Source of the DNA: Deltaproteobacteria bacterium
GTDB taxonomy: Bacteria; Desulfobacterota; BSN033; UBA1163
Reading direction: 5' to 3'
Assembly (NCBI GenBank): GCA_018333535.1
Contig: JAGXTA010000033.1
Location: 10,626 to 74,625 of the forward strand
DNA: 64,000 bases
Part shown: in pieces, positions 1 through 9,578 of the stretch
Numbering within the stretch: position 1 is the first letter of the stretch
Layout: every line of letters starts with the position of its first letter
The notes under the pieces: generated by a model
The model's database searches: none
What the model saw: the letters and a program-made list of their open reading frames with translations, nothing else
Told to the model about the DNA's origin: nothing
Program-made: the position numbers and the translations under genes

Positions 1-1320
1 AGTCTTGCGAGACAGTACTTCAGAAAGATGGATAGTAAAAACCGTACAGCCCTTGGGTTCAGGCACGTTAAGGGTAACGATATCCCTGTCATATTAGGCA
101 TTATAGGAGGTTCCAGGAGAATCTATGGACTGGCTTTGGAGACAGAGCTTAATGCTGAGGAGTTTGTCCGAGTTTGGAAACGGGGCTTTGAAAATCCTTT
201 GGAGCCTGTTTTGGTGAAATCAGGTCCGTGTAAAGAGGTTATCCTCAAAGGCAAGGATATTGACCTGAATCGATTTCCAATCCCTATTTGGACTCCTGAG
301 AAGGATCCGAATCCATACCTTACCGCAGCATGTTCCATCACCAAGGACTTGGAAACTGGTATTCGTAATGTTGGTGTATACCGAATGGAGGTCAAGGGGA
401 AGGACCGTACTGGAATTCTCTGGGATCTTCCAAGCCAACATGGTGCCCTTCACTTTGTAAAATATGAGGCAACCCAAAAGCCTATGCCCATGGCAACCGT
501 AATCGGTGCGGATCCGACTGTGGTAATGTCGGCAGTGACCAAGGTTCCCTTTGGTGTGGATGAATTTGGTGTGGCTGGAGGATGGCGAAGGAAACCTATT
601 GAACTTGTCCCTTGCGAGACGATCGATTTAGAGGTTCCGGCAACAGCAGAAATCGTACTGGAAGGGGAGATCTATCCTGGGGAGCGAGTTAGTGAGGGAC
701 CTTTTGGTGAATATACGGGTTATATGGGAGGGCCTTACCAGATGCCCATCTTCCATATTAAGTGCATCACTCACCGGAAAAATCCTATCTATCATGCCCT
801 CTTCAGCCAGATGCCACCCAGTGAAAGCAGCCTGATGCGGCAGATCCCCGAAGAGGCCAACATTCAATACCACCTCTCTCATTTCCTCAAGATACCCGGG
901 ATAGTGGATGTCCATCTCCCAGAAAGTGGGGGGAGCTATGCCTGGTGCTGGATCTCTATCAATAAGAAATATCCAGGACATGTGCAGCAGGTGCTTTGTG
1001 CTTCGTGGACCCACTACCCCTCCTTTGCGAAGTGGATTGTGGTGACAGACGATGATGTTGATATCCGCGACCCATTCAGCCGTGAGTGGGCATTGAGTTG
1101 GCGCGTTGAGCCAAAGAAAGACATTTTCTTTATCCCCAACACCTCTTCGATCCTGCTCGATCCCTCCAGCACACCGCCTGAAGTACCCCTCTGGGATCGT
1201 CTCTCCTCAAAAATTTGTATCGATGCGACGAAGAAATGGAAGTTTCCAGAAATTGCACTCCCCCCAGAGCATTATCTGAAAAGAATTGAGGAAGCCTGGG
1301 ATCAATATAAATTGAAATAG
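1..1320 (+). CDS. UbiD-family (prenyl-FMN dependent) carboxy-lyase, 5' end outside the window
   Basis: Frame 1 is open from nt 1, with no stop before the ATG at 28. The product lines up with UbiD enzymes only from about residue 40 onward. Visible motifs: VKGNDIPVILG, EIVLEGEI, GPFGEYTGYMGG, IDATKKW. Confidence 0.85.
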   Translation, partial: SLARQYFRKMDSKNRTALGFRHVKGNDIPVILGIIGGSRRIYGLALETELNAEEFVRVWKRGFENPLEPVLVKSGPCKEVILKGKDIDLNRFPIPIWTPEKDPNPYLTAACSITKDLETGIRNVGVYRMEVKGKDRTGILWDLPSQHGALHFVKYEATQKPMPMATVIGADPTVVMSAVTKVPFGVDEFGVAGGWRRKPIELVPCETIDLEVPATAEIVLEGEIYPGERVSEGPFGEYTGYMGGPYQMPIFHIKCITHRKNPIYHALFSQMPPSESSLMRQIPEEANIQYHLSHFLKIPGIVDVHLPESGGSYAWCWISINKKYPGHVQQVLCASWTHYPSFAKWIVVTDDDVDIRDPFSREWALSWRVEPKKDIFFIPNTSSILLDPSSTPPEVPLWDRLSSKICIDATKKWKFPEIALPPEHYLKRIEEAWDQYKLK

Positions 1321-1337
1321 AGCCAAGGAGGTTTGCC

Positions 1338-2339
1338 ATGAAATCTATGATCACGTTGTTAAAGGGGGCTCGCCTTATTGTCGAACATTGCATGACGGTG
1401 AAGGCAGGTGATAAGGTTCTCATCATCGCTGACCATGACCACATGATGAATGCAGAGGCCTTGGCAGGGGCTGCTTTTGCAGTAGGTGCTTATCCGGTCA
1501 TTGCCAATGTGACACACCACGTGAGTTCAGCCCTTGCCTCCATGGAGGTTCCCATGGAACCACCTGCTCATCTGGCTGAGGCCATGATCCACTCAGATGA
1601 GATTATCATCACCACAAATCTAGAGTGGGCAAATCGTTTCGCACATGTCAATCCGGTTCGGGCAAGCGTTGAGAGGGGTGCTAAGATCGCCTCCGTGGAA
1701 GAAGGAATGGAGGACTGGGACCTCACCATAGAAGATATTAATGAGATTACCCAGAAGGCAGAGAAGATCATCCATGCGATGAAGGGGGCAAAATGGGTCC
1801 GGGTGACAAGTCCTGGCGGAACAGATGTGAAAATCTCTGTCGAGGGGAGACCTCCCCTGAAGGTGGTCCCGGTCAAAGAACCCGGGATCATGATGGGTCC
1901 CATTCCCTTATGGGGAGAAGTGGCCTATGCTGCAGTCGAAAATAAGACAGAAGGAAAAATCGTCATCGATGGGATCATGCTTGGTGTTGGGGTCTACGGG
2001 TCCCTTAAAAATCCAATCGAATGGACGATCGAGGGGGGACGGGCTATTGGGATCAAAGGCGGGGAGGAAGCTGAACGGCTAAGGGATGCAATTCGTTCTT
2101 CCGATGAGAATAGCACCGTGGTGGCCGAGTTTGCTATCGGGACGAGCCACAAAGAAAAGTTTGGATCGCCCTCAGAGAAAGGAATGCTTGGGACGGTTCA
2201 CTTTGCCTTGGGAGATAATATCCATTGCTATCCAGGAGGTCAGTGCCTTAGTAAATTGCATCTGGACGGATCTGTAAGGAATGTGACGATCGAAGTAGAT
2301 GGAAAGAAGATCATGAAGGATGGAAATCTTGTGATCTGA
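1338..2339 (+). CDS. aminopeptidase-T / M29-fold protein (AmpS-NicX superfamily), function unknown
   Basis: 333-aa ORF with AAGGAGG upstream of the ATG. The N-terminal GDKVLIIAD and C-terminal GTVHFALGDN...HLDG blocks resemble COG2309/M29 proteins. 2,5-dihydroxypyridine dioxygenase NicX uses this fold. By-eye assignment only. Confidence 0.55.
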   Translation: MKSMITLLKGARLIVEHCMTVKAGDKVLIIADHDHMMNAEALAGAAFAVGAYPVIANVTHHVSSALASMEVPMEPPAHLAEAMIHSDEIIITTNLEWANRFAHVNPVRASVERGAKIASVEEGMEDWDLTIEDINEITQKAEKIIHAMKGAKWVRVTSPGGTDVKISVEGRPPLKVVPVKEPGIMMGPIPLWGEVAYAAVENKTEGKIVIDGIMLGVGVYGSLKNPIEWTIEGGRAIGIKGGEEAERLRDAIRSSDENSTVVAEFAIGTSHKEKFGSPSEKGMLGTVHFALGDNIHCYPGGQCLSKLHLDGSVRNVTIEVDGKKIMKDGNLVI

Positions 2340-2351
2340 GGGAGGAAGACC

Positions 2352-2717
2352 ATGTCAGTCCGTACTGTGAAGGTCGATGCGATTGAAGCAATCCCGCTGC
2401 CCAACCAGAGTTGGTCTAAAAAATTACTCACCCAGGAAACCGTAGGGACGCGAAAATGTATGCTTGGAGTTTCCAGTTTTAAACCGGGCACGGTAACCTC
2501 ATTCCTCATTCACGAAGAAGAGGAGCTTGCCTATGTCGTCACGGGCAAGGGAAAGATTCGTCTCGAAGATCGTGATATTCCCTACAGTGCAGGCGAAGGG
2601 ATCTATATTCCTCCGGGGATCCCTCATGCCGTTGTCAACGATGGTGATGAGGAAGTGGTCATGGTGTTCAGCTTTTCCTTTCCAGATTACCCTCCTACAA
2701 AGAAGAAAGAAGGGTGA
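2352..2717 (+). CDS. cupin-domain protein
   Basis: 121 aa with GGAGG 6 nt upstream. Cupin core: FLIHEEEELAYVVTGKG ... GIYIPPGIPHAVVNDGDEEVVMV. Confidence 0.7.
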   Translation: MSVRTVKVDAIEAIPLPNQSWSKKLLTQETVGTRKCMLGVSSFKPGTVTSFLIHEEEELAYVVTGKGKIRLEDRDIPYSAGEGIYIPPGIPHAVVNDGDEEVVMVFSFSFPDYPPTKKKEG

Positions 2718-2729
2718 GAGGTAAAACCC

Positions 2730-3599
2730 ATGAAGAGTTTTGAATATCTTTGCCCAAAATCGGTGGGAGAACTTGTCAAAATCCTTTACCGATACGATGG
2801 GAAGGCCCGTGTGCTGGCAGGAGGGACAGACCTTCTTGTAATGATGAAGCAGGGGAAACTTCAACCGGAATGTGTTGTCAGTTTACAGGCTATTCCAAAT
2901 CTTGCCTATATACGAGAGCAGAAGAATGGAGGGATAAAGATTGGGGCGATGACACGCCTGCGAGAGATCGAGGCCTCATCGCTTATCCAGACAAAGTATC
3001 CTCTGCTTGCCAAAGCTGCGGGATGGATCGGTTCAAGACAGGTTCGGTGGCGGGCCACCTGCGGCGGAAACCTGTGCAATGGGGCTCCCTCTGCTGATCT
3101 GGCGCCACCTTTGATTTGTCTGGGAGCCAAGGTGATCATTGGTGGAAGGGCAAAGAGGACCCTCCCCCTTGAGAAATTCTTTCTCGGTCCGGGTCAAGTT
3201 AGCCTGAGAAGAGGGGAGTTTCTTCAAGAATTAGTGATCCCTCCCCCTCTTCCAAGGACCTACGGGATTTATCTCAAATTCACTCGTTCGGCTATGGATA
3301 TCGCGGTAGTGGGTGTGGCGGCGACGGCGTCTTTTAAAGAGGAAGGGGAATGTAACCATTTGAGGATCTGCCTCGGCGCAGTGGCTCCCACTCCATTACG
3401 AGCAGTGAAAGCTGAAAAGATCGGATTGGGAGAGAGGTGGGATGAGGAGCGCATTTTGGTGATGGCCCGAATGGCTTCCGAGGAGGCCAAACCCATCGAT
3501 GACGTCAGGGGCACGATATACCTCAGAAGACATTTAGTCAAAGTGTTTACAAAAAGGATCCTATCCGAATGTCTGGAGCAGGCGCAGAAAAAAGTCTGA
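2730..3599 (+). CDS. molybdopterin-hydroxylase FAD-binding (medium, CoxM/XdhB-like) subunit
   Basis: 289 aa. LAGGTDLLVMMKQG FAD-binding motif and a CO-dehydrogenase-flavoprotein C-terminal block (DDVRGTIYLRRHL). It sits directly upstream of the FeS and Mo subunits. Confidence 0.85.
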   Translation: MKSFEYLCPKSVGELVKILYRYDGKARVLAGGTDLLVMMKQGKLQPECVVSLQAIPNLAYIREQKNGGIKIGAMTRLREIEASSLIQTKYPLLAKAAGWIGSRQVRWRATCGGNLCNGAPSADLAPPLICLGAKVIIGGRAKRTLPLEKFFLGPGQVSLRRGEFLQELVIPPPLPRTYGIYLKFTRSAMDIAVVGVAATASFKEEGECNHLRICLGAVAPTPLRAVKAEKIGLGERWDEERILVMARMASEEAKPIDDVRGTIYLRRHLVKVFTKRILSECLEQAQKKV

Positions 3600-3613
3600 C
3601 AGGGGAGGCTTTT

Positions 3614-4093
3614 ATGCATATGATTAAATTGAAGGTAAACGGCCATGTTCAAGAATTAGGGGTAAAGTCTCACCAAACACTTCTTGAAGTGCTGCGCGGC
3701 CCTCTTGAACTCACTGGAGTAAAGGAAGGGTGTGGGTTGGGAGAATGTGGTGCCTGTACGGTGCTCATGGATGGGAAACCGGTAAACTCCTGCCTTGTTC
3801 TTGCCCTTGAAGCAGATGGCTCGGAGATCTTGACTATTGAGGGCCTTGCCCAAGTGGGTAAGCTTCATTACGTACAAAAGGCTTTCGTGAAGGAAGGTGC
3901 GATCCAATGCGGGTTTTGCACTCCAGGAATGGTGATGGCAACCGTGGGTCTCCTCCAAGAAAATCCCAATTCGTCCCAAGAGGAAATCAAAGAGGGTCTC
4001 AGAGGCAATCTCTGTCGTTGTACGGGGTATGTCAAGATTATCAAGGCTGTAGAAGCAGCAGTGGAAATGATGAGAGAAGGAGAGCAAACATGA
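3614..4093 (+). CDS. molybdopterin-hydroxylase [2Fe-2S] (small, CoxS-like) subunit
   Basis: ATG at 3614 is preceded by GGGGAGG. Both cluster motifs are present: CGLGECGACTV and CGFCTPG...CRCTGY. The ORF-track start at 3569 overlaps the previous gene and has no SD. Confidence 0.9.
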   Translation: MHMIKLKVNGHVQELGVKSHQTLLEVLRGPLELTGVKEGCGLGECGACTVLMDGKPVNSCLVLALEADGSEILTIEGLAQVGKLHYVQKAFVKEGAIQCGFCTPGMVMATVGLLQENPNSSQEEIKEGLRGNLCRCTGYVKIIKAVEAAVEMMREGEQT

Positions 4094-6357
4094 CATGGAA
4101 GGTTATTGGAAAGGGGCTTCCCAAAATCGATTCTATTTCGAAGGTGACTGGAGAGGCTCAATATACAGTTGACCTCAAATTGCCAGGGATGCTTTACGGG
4201 AATATCTTCAGAAGCCCTTTGCCTCATGCGAAGATTAAATCGATTAATACTTCAAAAGCAGAGGAGCTTCAGGGAGTTCACGCGGTCATTACTGCAAAAG
4301 ATGTTCCTCTCAATAAATTTAGCTTCTTTCAGTGGCTTGCCGACAAGACCATCTTATGCTCTGACAAGGTTCGATATTTGGGCGATGAGGTGGCGGCTGT
4401 TGCGGCTGTCGATGAAGAGACGGCATTGGAAGCCCTTTCCCTGATCAAAGTAGAATATGAACCTCTCCCTGCAGTATTTGATGCTGAAGAAGCAATGAAG
4501 CCAGGGGCTCCTCTCATTCATGATAAAGAGAAGAATATCGGTTTCCATGTGGAACGGCTTTTTGGAGACCCTGATAAGGCCTTTGAGGAATGTGATTACA
4601 TCTGCGAGGACCGATATGTGACAGGCCAGGTTTCACACTGTTGTTTAGAGGTATCGAACTGTATTGTCAAATGGGATTCATCAGGTCGGCTCACAATCTG
4701 GACCAATACCCAGGCTCCCCATACCCAGAGGCAGGAGATTGCCCGTATTCTTGGTATTCCCATCCGGAATGTCAGAATTATCAATTCTACCATGGGAGGA
4801 GGGTTTGGTTCGAAGCTGGTCATTGATATGAAACTTCCCATTGCTGCCATCTTATCCAAGAAGACAGGACGTCCGGTGAGGATTGAGAATTCAAGAGCCG
4901 AGGAGTTCAGCACGGCAAAGACCCGCTACGGCTATACTATCTACGTCAAAACTGGAGCGAAAAAGGATGGGAGGCTCTGGGCCAGAGAAATGAAGGTGAT
5001 TGGTGACAATGGTGCCTATCATGATAAAGGACCGGCTACCCTCAATTTTTCAAGCATGATGTTTGGGACTCTATACAACATTCCCAATATCCGATATGAA
5101 GGAAATCTTGTCTATACCAACAAACAGATGGGAACGGCTTTCCGCGGATTCGGGAATCCTCAGATCGCCTTTGCCTGTGAAACGCAGATCGATGTCCTTG
5201 CTAATAAGACTGGGATGGACCCCTTGGAACTTCGTTTGAGGAATGCAAATCAATCGGACCAGATGACCTTTTGTGGTGCTGAGATTACCAGTTGTGGAAT
5301 GAAGGAATGTATGGAGGCGGCTGCCCGGGCCATCGGATGGGAAGAAAAGCGGAGGGGGAAAGGGCTCCGGGGCGTTGGGCTTGCCAACATGGTTCATACA
5401 GGAGCTGGAGGTCGTTTTTATGGATACAATGCTGCAGATGCCTTCATTAAACTCTCAGACGATGGAACGGTCGCACTGATCACCCCAGCCCAAGATATGG
5501 GACAGGGATCTCACACGGTGATGGCCCAGATCGTTGCGGAGGAATTAGGGGTAAATCTGGAAGACATCAATGTGATCTCCAACGATACAGATCTTACCCC
5601 TTATGACCTTGGTTCATGGGGAAGCAGGACGACCTTTATGAATGGCAACGCAGTGCTCGATGCCGCGAGAAATACGAAAAAGGAGATCATCACAGTGGCC
5701 TCTGAGATGCTTGAGGCCAACCCCGACGATATTATCCTGGAGGGAGGAAGGGTTTTTGTAAAAGGATCGTCAGATCAATACTCCTTTTCCGAGTTAGCAG
5801 ACTACGCCATCAATAAACGGGGTGTGCCTATTTCCGGAAAGGGACGATTTGTTGACAAACTCCCATCCGGTTATACGATCAAGGAAGGCTTTGCGAAAAA
5901 TATTCCCACCTTTGCCTTCGGCACCCAAGCCGCCGAGGTAGAAATCGATGAAGAGACTGGTGAGGTTAAGGTTTTAAAGGTTGTGGCAGCCCATGAAACA
6001 GGGACGACCATTAATACCCTGATGGCCGAAGGCCAGATTGAGGGGTCTGTGGTTCAGGGGATTGGATATGCCTTGATGGAAGGGTTGACTCTGAAAAACG
6101 GAAAAGTGATCAATGATGGATTCATTGATTATAAGATTCCAACCTTTGGCGATATCCCAGAGATCGAAACCATATTGATTGAGACCAATGACCCTCATGG
6201 TCCCTTTGGCGCCAAAGGGATCGGAGAACCTGGCCTCGTTCCAACAGCCCCTGCTATTGCCAATGCAATTTTTAATGCCGTGGGTATAATGATTAAAGAA
6301 CTTCCGATAACACCGGAGAAAATCCTCAAGGCTCTGAAAGAGAAGAAGGGCGGTTAG
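4090..6357 (+). CDS. xanthine-dehydrogenase-family molybdopterin-binding (large, CoxL-like) subunit
   Basis: Start placed at ATG 4090 (MTWKVIGKGLPKID), which overlaps the FeS-subunit stop as ATGA. GGGFGSK, AFRGFGNPQ and GIGEPG motifs are present. The 61 extra N-terminal codons in the ORF track lie inside the previous gene. Confidence 0.9.
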   Translation: MTWKVIGKGLPKIDSISKVTGEAQYTVDLKLPGMLYGNIFRSPLPHAKIKSINTSKAEELQGVHAVITAKDVPLNKFSFFQWLADKTILCSDKVRYLGDEVAAVAAVDEETALEALSLIKVEYEPLPAVFDAEEAMKPGAPLIHDKEKNIGFHVERLFGDPDKAFEECDYICEDRYVTGQVSHCCLEVSNCIVKWDSSGRLTIWTNTQAPHTQRQEIARILGIPIRNVRIINSTMGGGFGSKLVIDMKLPIAAILSKKTGRPVRIENSRAEEFSTAKTRYGYTIYVKTGAKKDGRLWAREMKVIGDNGAYHDKGPATLNFSSMMFGTLYNIPNIRYEGNLVYTNKQMGTAFRGFGNPQIAFACETQIDVLANKTGMDPLELRLRNANQSDQMTFCGAEITSCGMKECMEAAARAIGWEEKRRGKGLRGVGLANMVHTGAGGRFYGYNAADAFIKLSDDGTVALITPAQDMGQGSHTVMAQIVAEELGVNLEDINVISNDTDLTPYDLGSWGSRTTFMNGNAVLDAARNTKKEIITVASEMLEANPDDIILEGGRVFVKGSSDQYSFSELADYAINKRGVPISGKGRFVDKLPSGYTIKEGFAKNIPTFAFGTQAAEVEIDEETGEVKVLKVVAAHETGTTINTLMAEGQIEGSVVQGIGYALMEGLTLKNGKVINDGFIDYKIPTFGDIPEIETILIETNDPHGPFGAKGIGEPGLVPTAPAIANAIFNAVGIMIKELPITPEKILKALKEKKGG

Positions 6358-6363
6358 AGTCGT

Positions 6364-6822
6364 ATGAAGCGGAGGGTCGCCTTTTATTGTGGCCTCTTTT
6401 GGCTTTTTTTCTCCCTTATTACCTGCTTCGAAGCTTATCGTCTAAAGTTAGGCGATATCCATCAACCTGGGCCAGGCTTTTTCCCCTTTTGGACAGGTCT
6501 CTTTATGGGAGTATTTTCGTTGCTGGTTCTCTATCAAGCGATAAGGGAAAGAGAGAAAGAGGATAAGGGGGGCAAAGAAGAACCGAAGAGATGGTGGAAC
6601 ATCGTCATCATTCTTATAGCTCTCACAGCCTATGTCATCTCTTTGGAAAAGATTGGTTTTTTGTTCAATACCTTTTTGTTCATGGGCCTCATGCTTAAGG
6701 TCGTCTATCCACAATCTTGGAGGACAACTATTTTGGGTGCACTGATTACGGCAATTGTTGCCAATTTAGTTTTTAATGTCCTGTTAAAGGCCCAAATACC
6801 TCCGGGAATTTTAGGTTTTTGA
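6364..6822 (+). CDS. tctB: tripartite tricarboxylate transporter small membrane subunit TctB
   Basis: 152 aa with four hydrophobic segments, located immediately upstream of tctA. Confidence 0.7.
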   Translation: MKRRVAFYCGLFWLFFSLITCFEAYRLKLGDIHQPGPGFFPFWTGLFMGVFSLLVLYQAIREREKEDKGGKEEPKRWWNIVIILIALTAYVISLEKIGFLFNTFLFMGLMLKVVYPQSWRTTILGALITAIVANLVFNVLLKAQIPPGILGF

Positions 6823-6844
6823 CAGTAATGGAGAACATCGCTTC

Positions 6845-8347
6845 ATGGAGACCCTTCAAAACCTTCTTTTTGGTTTCACAATTGCCATGCAACCCATCAA
6901 CCTCCTTTACTGCTTCTGCGGGGTCCTGGTGGGCACTTTAATAGGAGTATTGCCAGGGATAGGTCCTCCTGCTGCCATTTCTCTTCTTCTCCCTATCACG
7001 TTTCATGTCCCTCCTGTTTCGTCAGTGATCATGCTTGCCGGGATCATGTATGGAGCGATGTACGGAGGCTCCACGACCTCCATCCTTGTCAACATCCCTG
7101 GGGAGGCTGCCTCGGTAGTCACTTGTCTTGATGGATACCAGATGGCTCGACAAGGAAGGGCTGGCCCAGCCCTTGGGATAGCCGCCTTCGGTTCTTTTAT
7201 TGCGGGTACAATCAGTATTTTCCTCCTGATCCTTCTTGCCCCGACGCTGGCCCATTTTGCCCTCAGGTTTGGGCCTCCTGAATATTTTTCCCTTATGGTG
7301 CTGGGACTGAGTATCTTGGTATACCTGGCTAAAGGTTCCATTCTCAATGCCTTGATCATGGTCTGCTTCGGGTTGATCCTTGGATCTATTGGGCTAGACC
7401 AGATGACAGGCGTTCCGAGGTTTGTATACAAGATCACTGTGCTCATGGATGGTGTGGGGCTTGTTCAAGTTGTGATCGGACTCTTCGGTATTTCTGAAGT
7501 CCTCGTTAACGCGGAGACCATTTTTAGACAGGAGGTCTTCAAGGCAAAGATAAGAGGGCTTCTACCTAGTCGGGAGGACTGGAAACGCTCCATTGGTCCA
7601 ATTGGGAGGGGTTCCATTCTGGGTTTCTTTATGGGAATCGTCCCTGGGATAAGCGTGGTGATACCCACCTTTGTTTCTTACGCCCTTGAGAAAAAACTCT
7701 CTAAATACCCAGAAAAGTTCGGCACCGGCATGATCGAAGGTGTAGCAGGTCCAGAATCGGCAAACAATGCAGCCTCTGCAGGAGCCCTTGTCCCCATGCT
7801 CAGCCTTGGAATTCCTACTGGAGCTGCCACGGCTTTGCTCCTGGGAGCCCTGATGATCTTTGGTTTGAGACCTGGCCCCCTGCTCATCAAGGAGTCTCCA
7901 GAAGTCTTCTGGGGAGTCGTCGCCAGTCTCTATGTGGGTAACCTCATGCTCCTCATCCTCAATCTTCCCCTGATCAGCTTATGGGTTAAGGTTCTCAGAG
8001 TTCCCTATTCTTTTCTGTTCGCCCTGATTTTGCTTTTTTGTCTAATCGGTTCTTATACTATTAATAACAATGTCGATGATGGAATCATCATGATCGTCTT
8101 TGGCTTGATTGGATACTTAATGAGAAAGTTTGACTATGAGGCGGCCCCCTTGGTTCTCGGTCTCGTTTTGGGGCCAATGATGGAAAATGCACTGCGCCGT
8201 TCCTTGTTGATTTCAGAGGGAAACTTGGGGGTCTTTTTCCTTCGGCCCCTTTCAGTCGTATTCTTGATCGTGGCTTTGTTCATCCTCTTTTCCCCTCTTT
8301 TCTTGCTAAAGAGAAGATTGAGAGAGGAATTGAGATCGAGGGAATGA
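6845..8347 (+). CDS. tctA: tripartite tricarboxylate transporter large permease TctA
   Basis: 500-aa polytopic membrane protein with typical GVLPGIGP and GGSTTSILVNIPGE segments. Confidence 0.9.
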   Translation: METLQNLLFGFTIAMQPINLLYCFCGVLVGTLIGVLPGIGPPAAISLLLPITFHVPPVSSVIMLAGIMYGAMYGGSTTSILVNIPGEAASVVTCLDGYQMARQGRAGPALGIAAFGSFIAGTISIFLLILLAPTLAHFALRFGPPEYFSLMVLGLSILVYLAKGSILNALIMVCFGLILGSIGLDQMTGVPRFVYKITVLMDGVGLVQVVIGLFGISEVLVNAETIFRQEVFKAKIRGLLPSREDWKRSIGPIGRGSILGFFMGIVPGISVVIPTFVSYALEKKLSKYPEKFGTGMIEGVAGPESANNAASAGALVPMLSLGIPTGAATALLLGALMIFGLRPGPLLIKESPEVFWGVVASLYVGNLMLLILNLPLISLWVKVLRVPYSFLFALILLFCLIGSYTINNNVDDGIIMIVFGLIGYLMRKFDYEAAPLVLGLVLGPMMENALRRSLLISEGNLGVFFLRPLSVVFLIVALFILFSPLFLLKRRLREELRSRE

Positions 8348-8533
8348 AAAATAAGGTACTGTCAAAAGTTTTATGAAAAAAATGGCTTGCATTAAAAAGT
8401 GGAAAAAAAGGGGAGGATGTTTACATGAGCCTTCAAAGGACTCAAGTGTTTGATATAACGTCAATATCATTTGAATTGAAGGCTAAAACAAGAAACCTTT
8501 AACAATACGACAAACATTTGAAGGAGGTGCTTT

Positions 8534-9514
8534 ATGAATAAGAAGACCAGAACAGAAAAATATTTTATCACTTTCATCTTAATCACATGTCTTTTTTGGA
8601 CCACTCCAACAGAAGCGCAGGATTATCCAAAAAGTCCGGTCCAGATCGTTGTTCCCTTCGCTCCAGGAGGAGCTGTAGACATTTTCTGGCGAACCATTGC
8701 GGAGACTGTCAACAAACATTTACATGGAACGATAGCCATCCTCAATAGGCCAGGTGGAGGAGGAGTTGTTGGGACCTCTGCCGTGGTGAACGCAAAGCCT
8801 GATGGCTATACCCTTCTCGGTGGAACCTCTGATCCACTCAACATTGCCCCCGTGATCACACCTGATATCCCATATGATGTGGAAAAAGATCTCACTTACA
8901 TTGCCAAATTAGTCATCTTTCCCCAGTTGATTGCGGTGAGGACTGAATCCCCTTTCAAGACATTGGAAGACCTGATTGCCTTTGCCAAAAATAACCCCAA
9001 AAAATTGAAGGCCGGACTTACCGGAATGAACACCTCTTACTTCGGCCTTGAGATGCTCAATGTCGATGCTAAAGTGGAAATTACAGGGGTTCCTTTCGGA
9101 GGGGGAGGAGAACTCCTCCCGAATCTCTTAGGAGGCCATGTGGACCTTGGATTTCTTAGTGTTTCACCCATCAAGTCCCATGTTGCAGCAGGAAAGATTC
9201 GAATTTTAGCGGTCTTGTCCACAGCCCGACTTCCGGACCATCCTCAAGTACCAACCACACATGAAAAGGGTTACTCCCGAACCATCATTTCAACAGGGAT
9301 TGGTCTTTTAGGTCCAAAAGGTTTGTCTCCTGTAATTATTAAGAGATGGGAGGACGTCACCGAAGCAATGATGAAAGATTCGACTATGGTCTCCACCCTT
9401 CAGAGACTTGATTATGCGATCGATTTCAAGAAGGGGGAAGATTTCAAAAAGAATATGATGAGTGATCTCGTCAACTTCAAAGAGATCATCGCGAAAGCTG
9501 GGATTAAAAAATAA
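8534..9514 (+). CDS. tctC: TctC/Bug-family periplasmic substrate-binding protein
   Basis: 326 aa with AAGGAGG SD, an N-terminal signal sequence and the Bug-family start QDYPKSPVQIVVPFAPGGAVD. Confidence 0.85.
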   Translation: MNKKTRTEKYFITFILITCLFWTTPTEAQDYPKSPVQIVVPFAPGGAVDIFWRTIAETVNKHLHGTIAILNRPGGGGVVGTSAVVNAKPDGYTLLGGTSDPLNIAPVITPDIPYDVEKDLTYIAKLVIFPQLIAVRTESPFKTLEDLIAFAKNNPKKLKAGLTGMNTSYFGLEMLNVDAKVEITGVPFGGGGELLPNLLGGHVDLGFLSVSPIKSHVAAGKIRILAVLSTARLPDHPQVPTTHEKGYSRTIISTGIGLLGPKGLSPVIIKRWEDVTEAMMKDSTMVSTLQRLDYAIDFKKGEDFKKNMMSDLVNFKEIIAKAGIKK

Positions 9515-9578
9515 TAGATTCTTAAAGGGTTCGTTCGGAAATACCAAATTTCTGGAACGAAAAAATTGGGGGGATGAG

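Noticed and set aside
3907-4089. Long N-terminal extensions in the ORF track (also 9462-9578, 11664-11750, 33027-34613, 36941-37585, 37731-38438, 44640-45608, 60994-61053)
   Set aside because: The extensions overlap the preceding gene or a repeat. They are Arg/Gly/Ser-rich and end at a Met that has an SD or an ATGA overlap and a canonical family N-terminus.
8383-8502. Two ~25-codon ORFs in the tctA-tctC gap, one with a GGAGG 8 nt upstream (ATG 8425)
   Set aside because: They are too short and have no recognisable features. The SD-like string may belong to a promoter or leader. I noted this but cannot support it as a gene.
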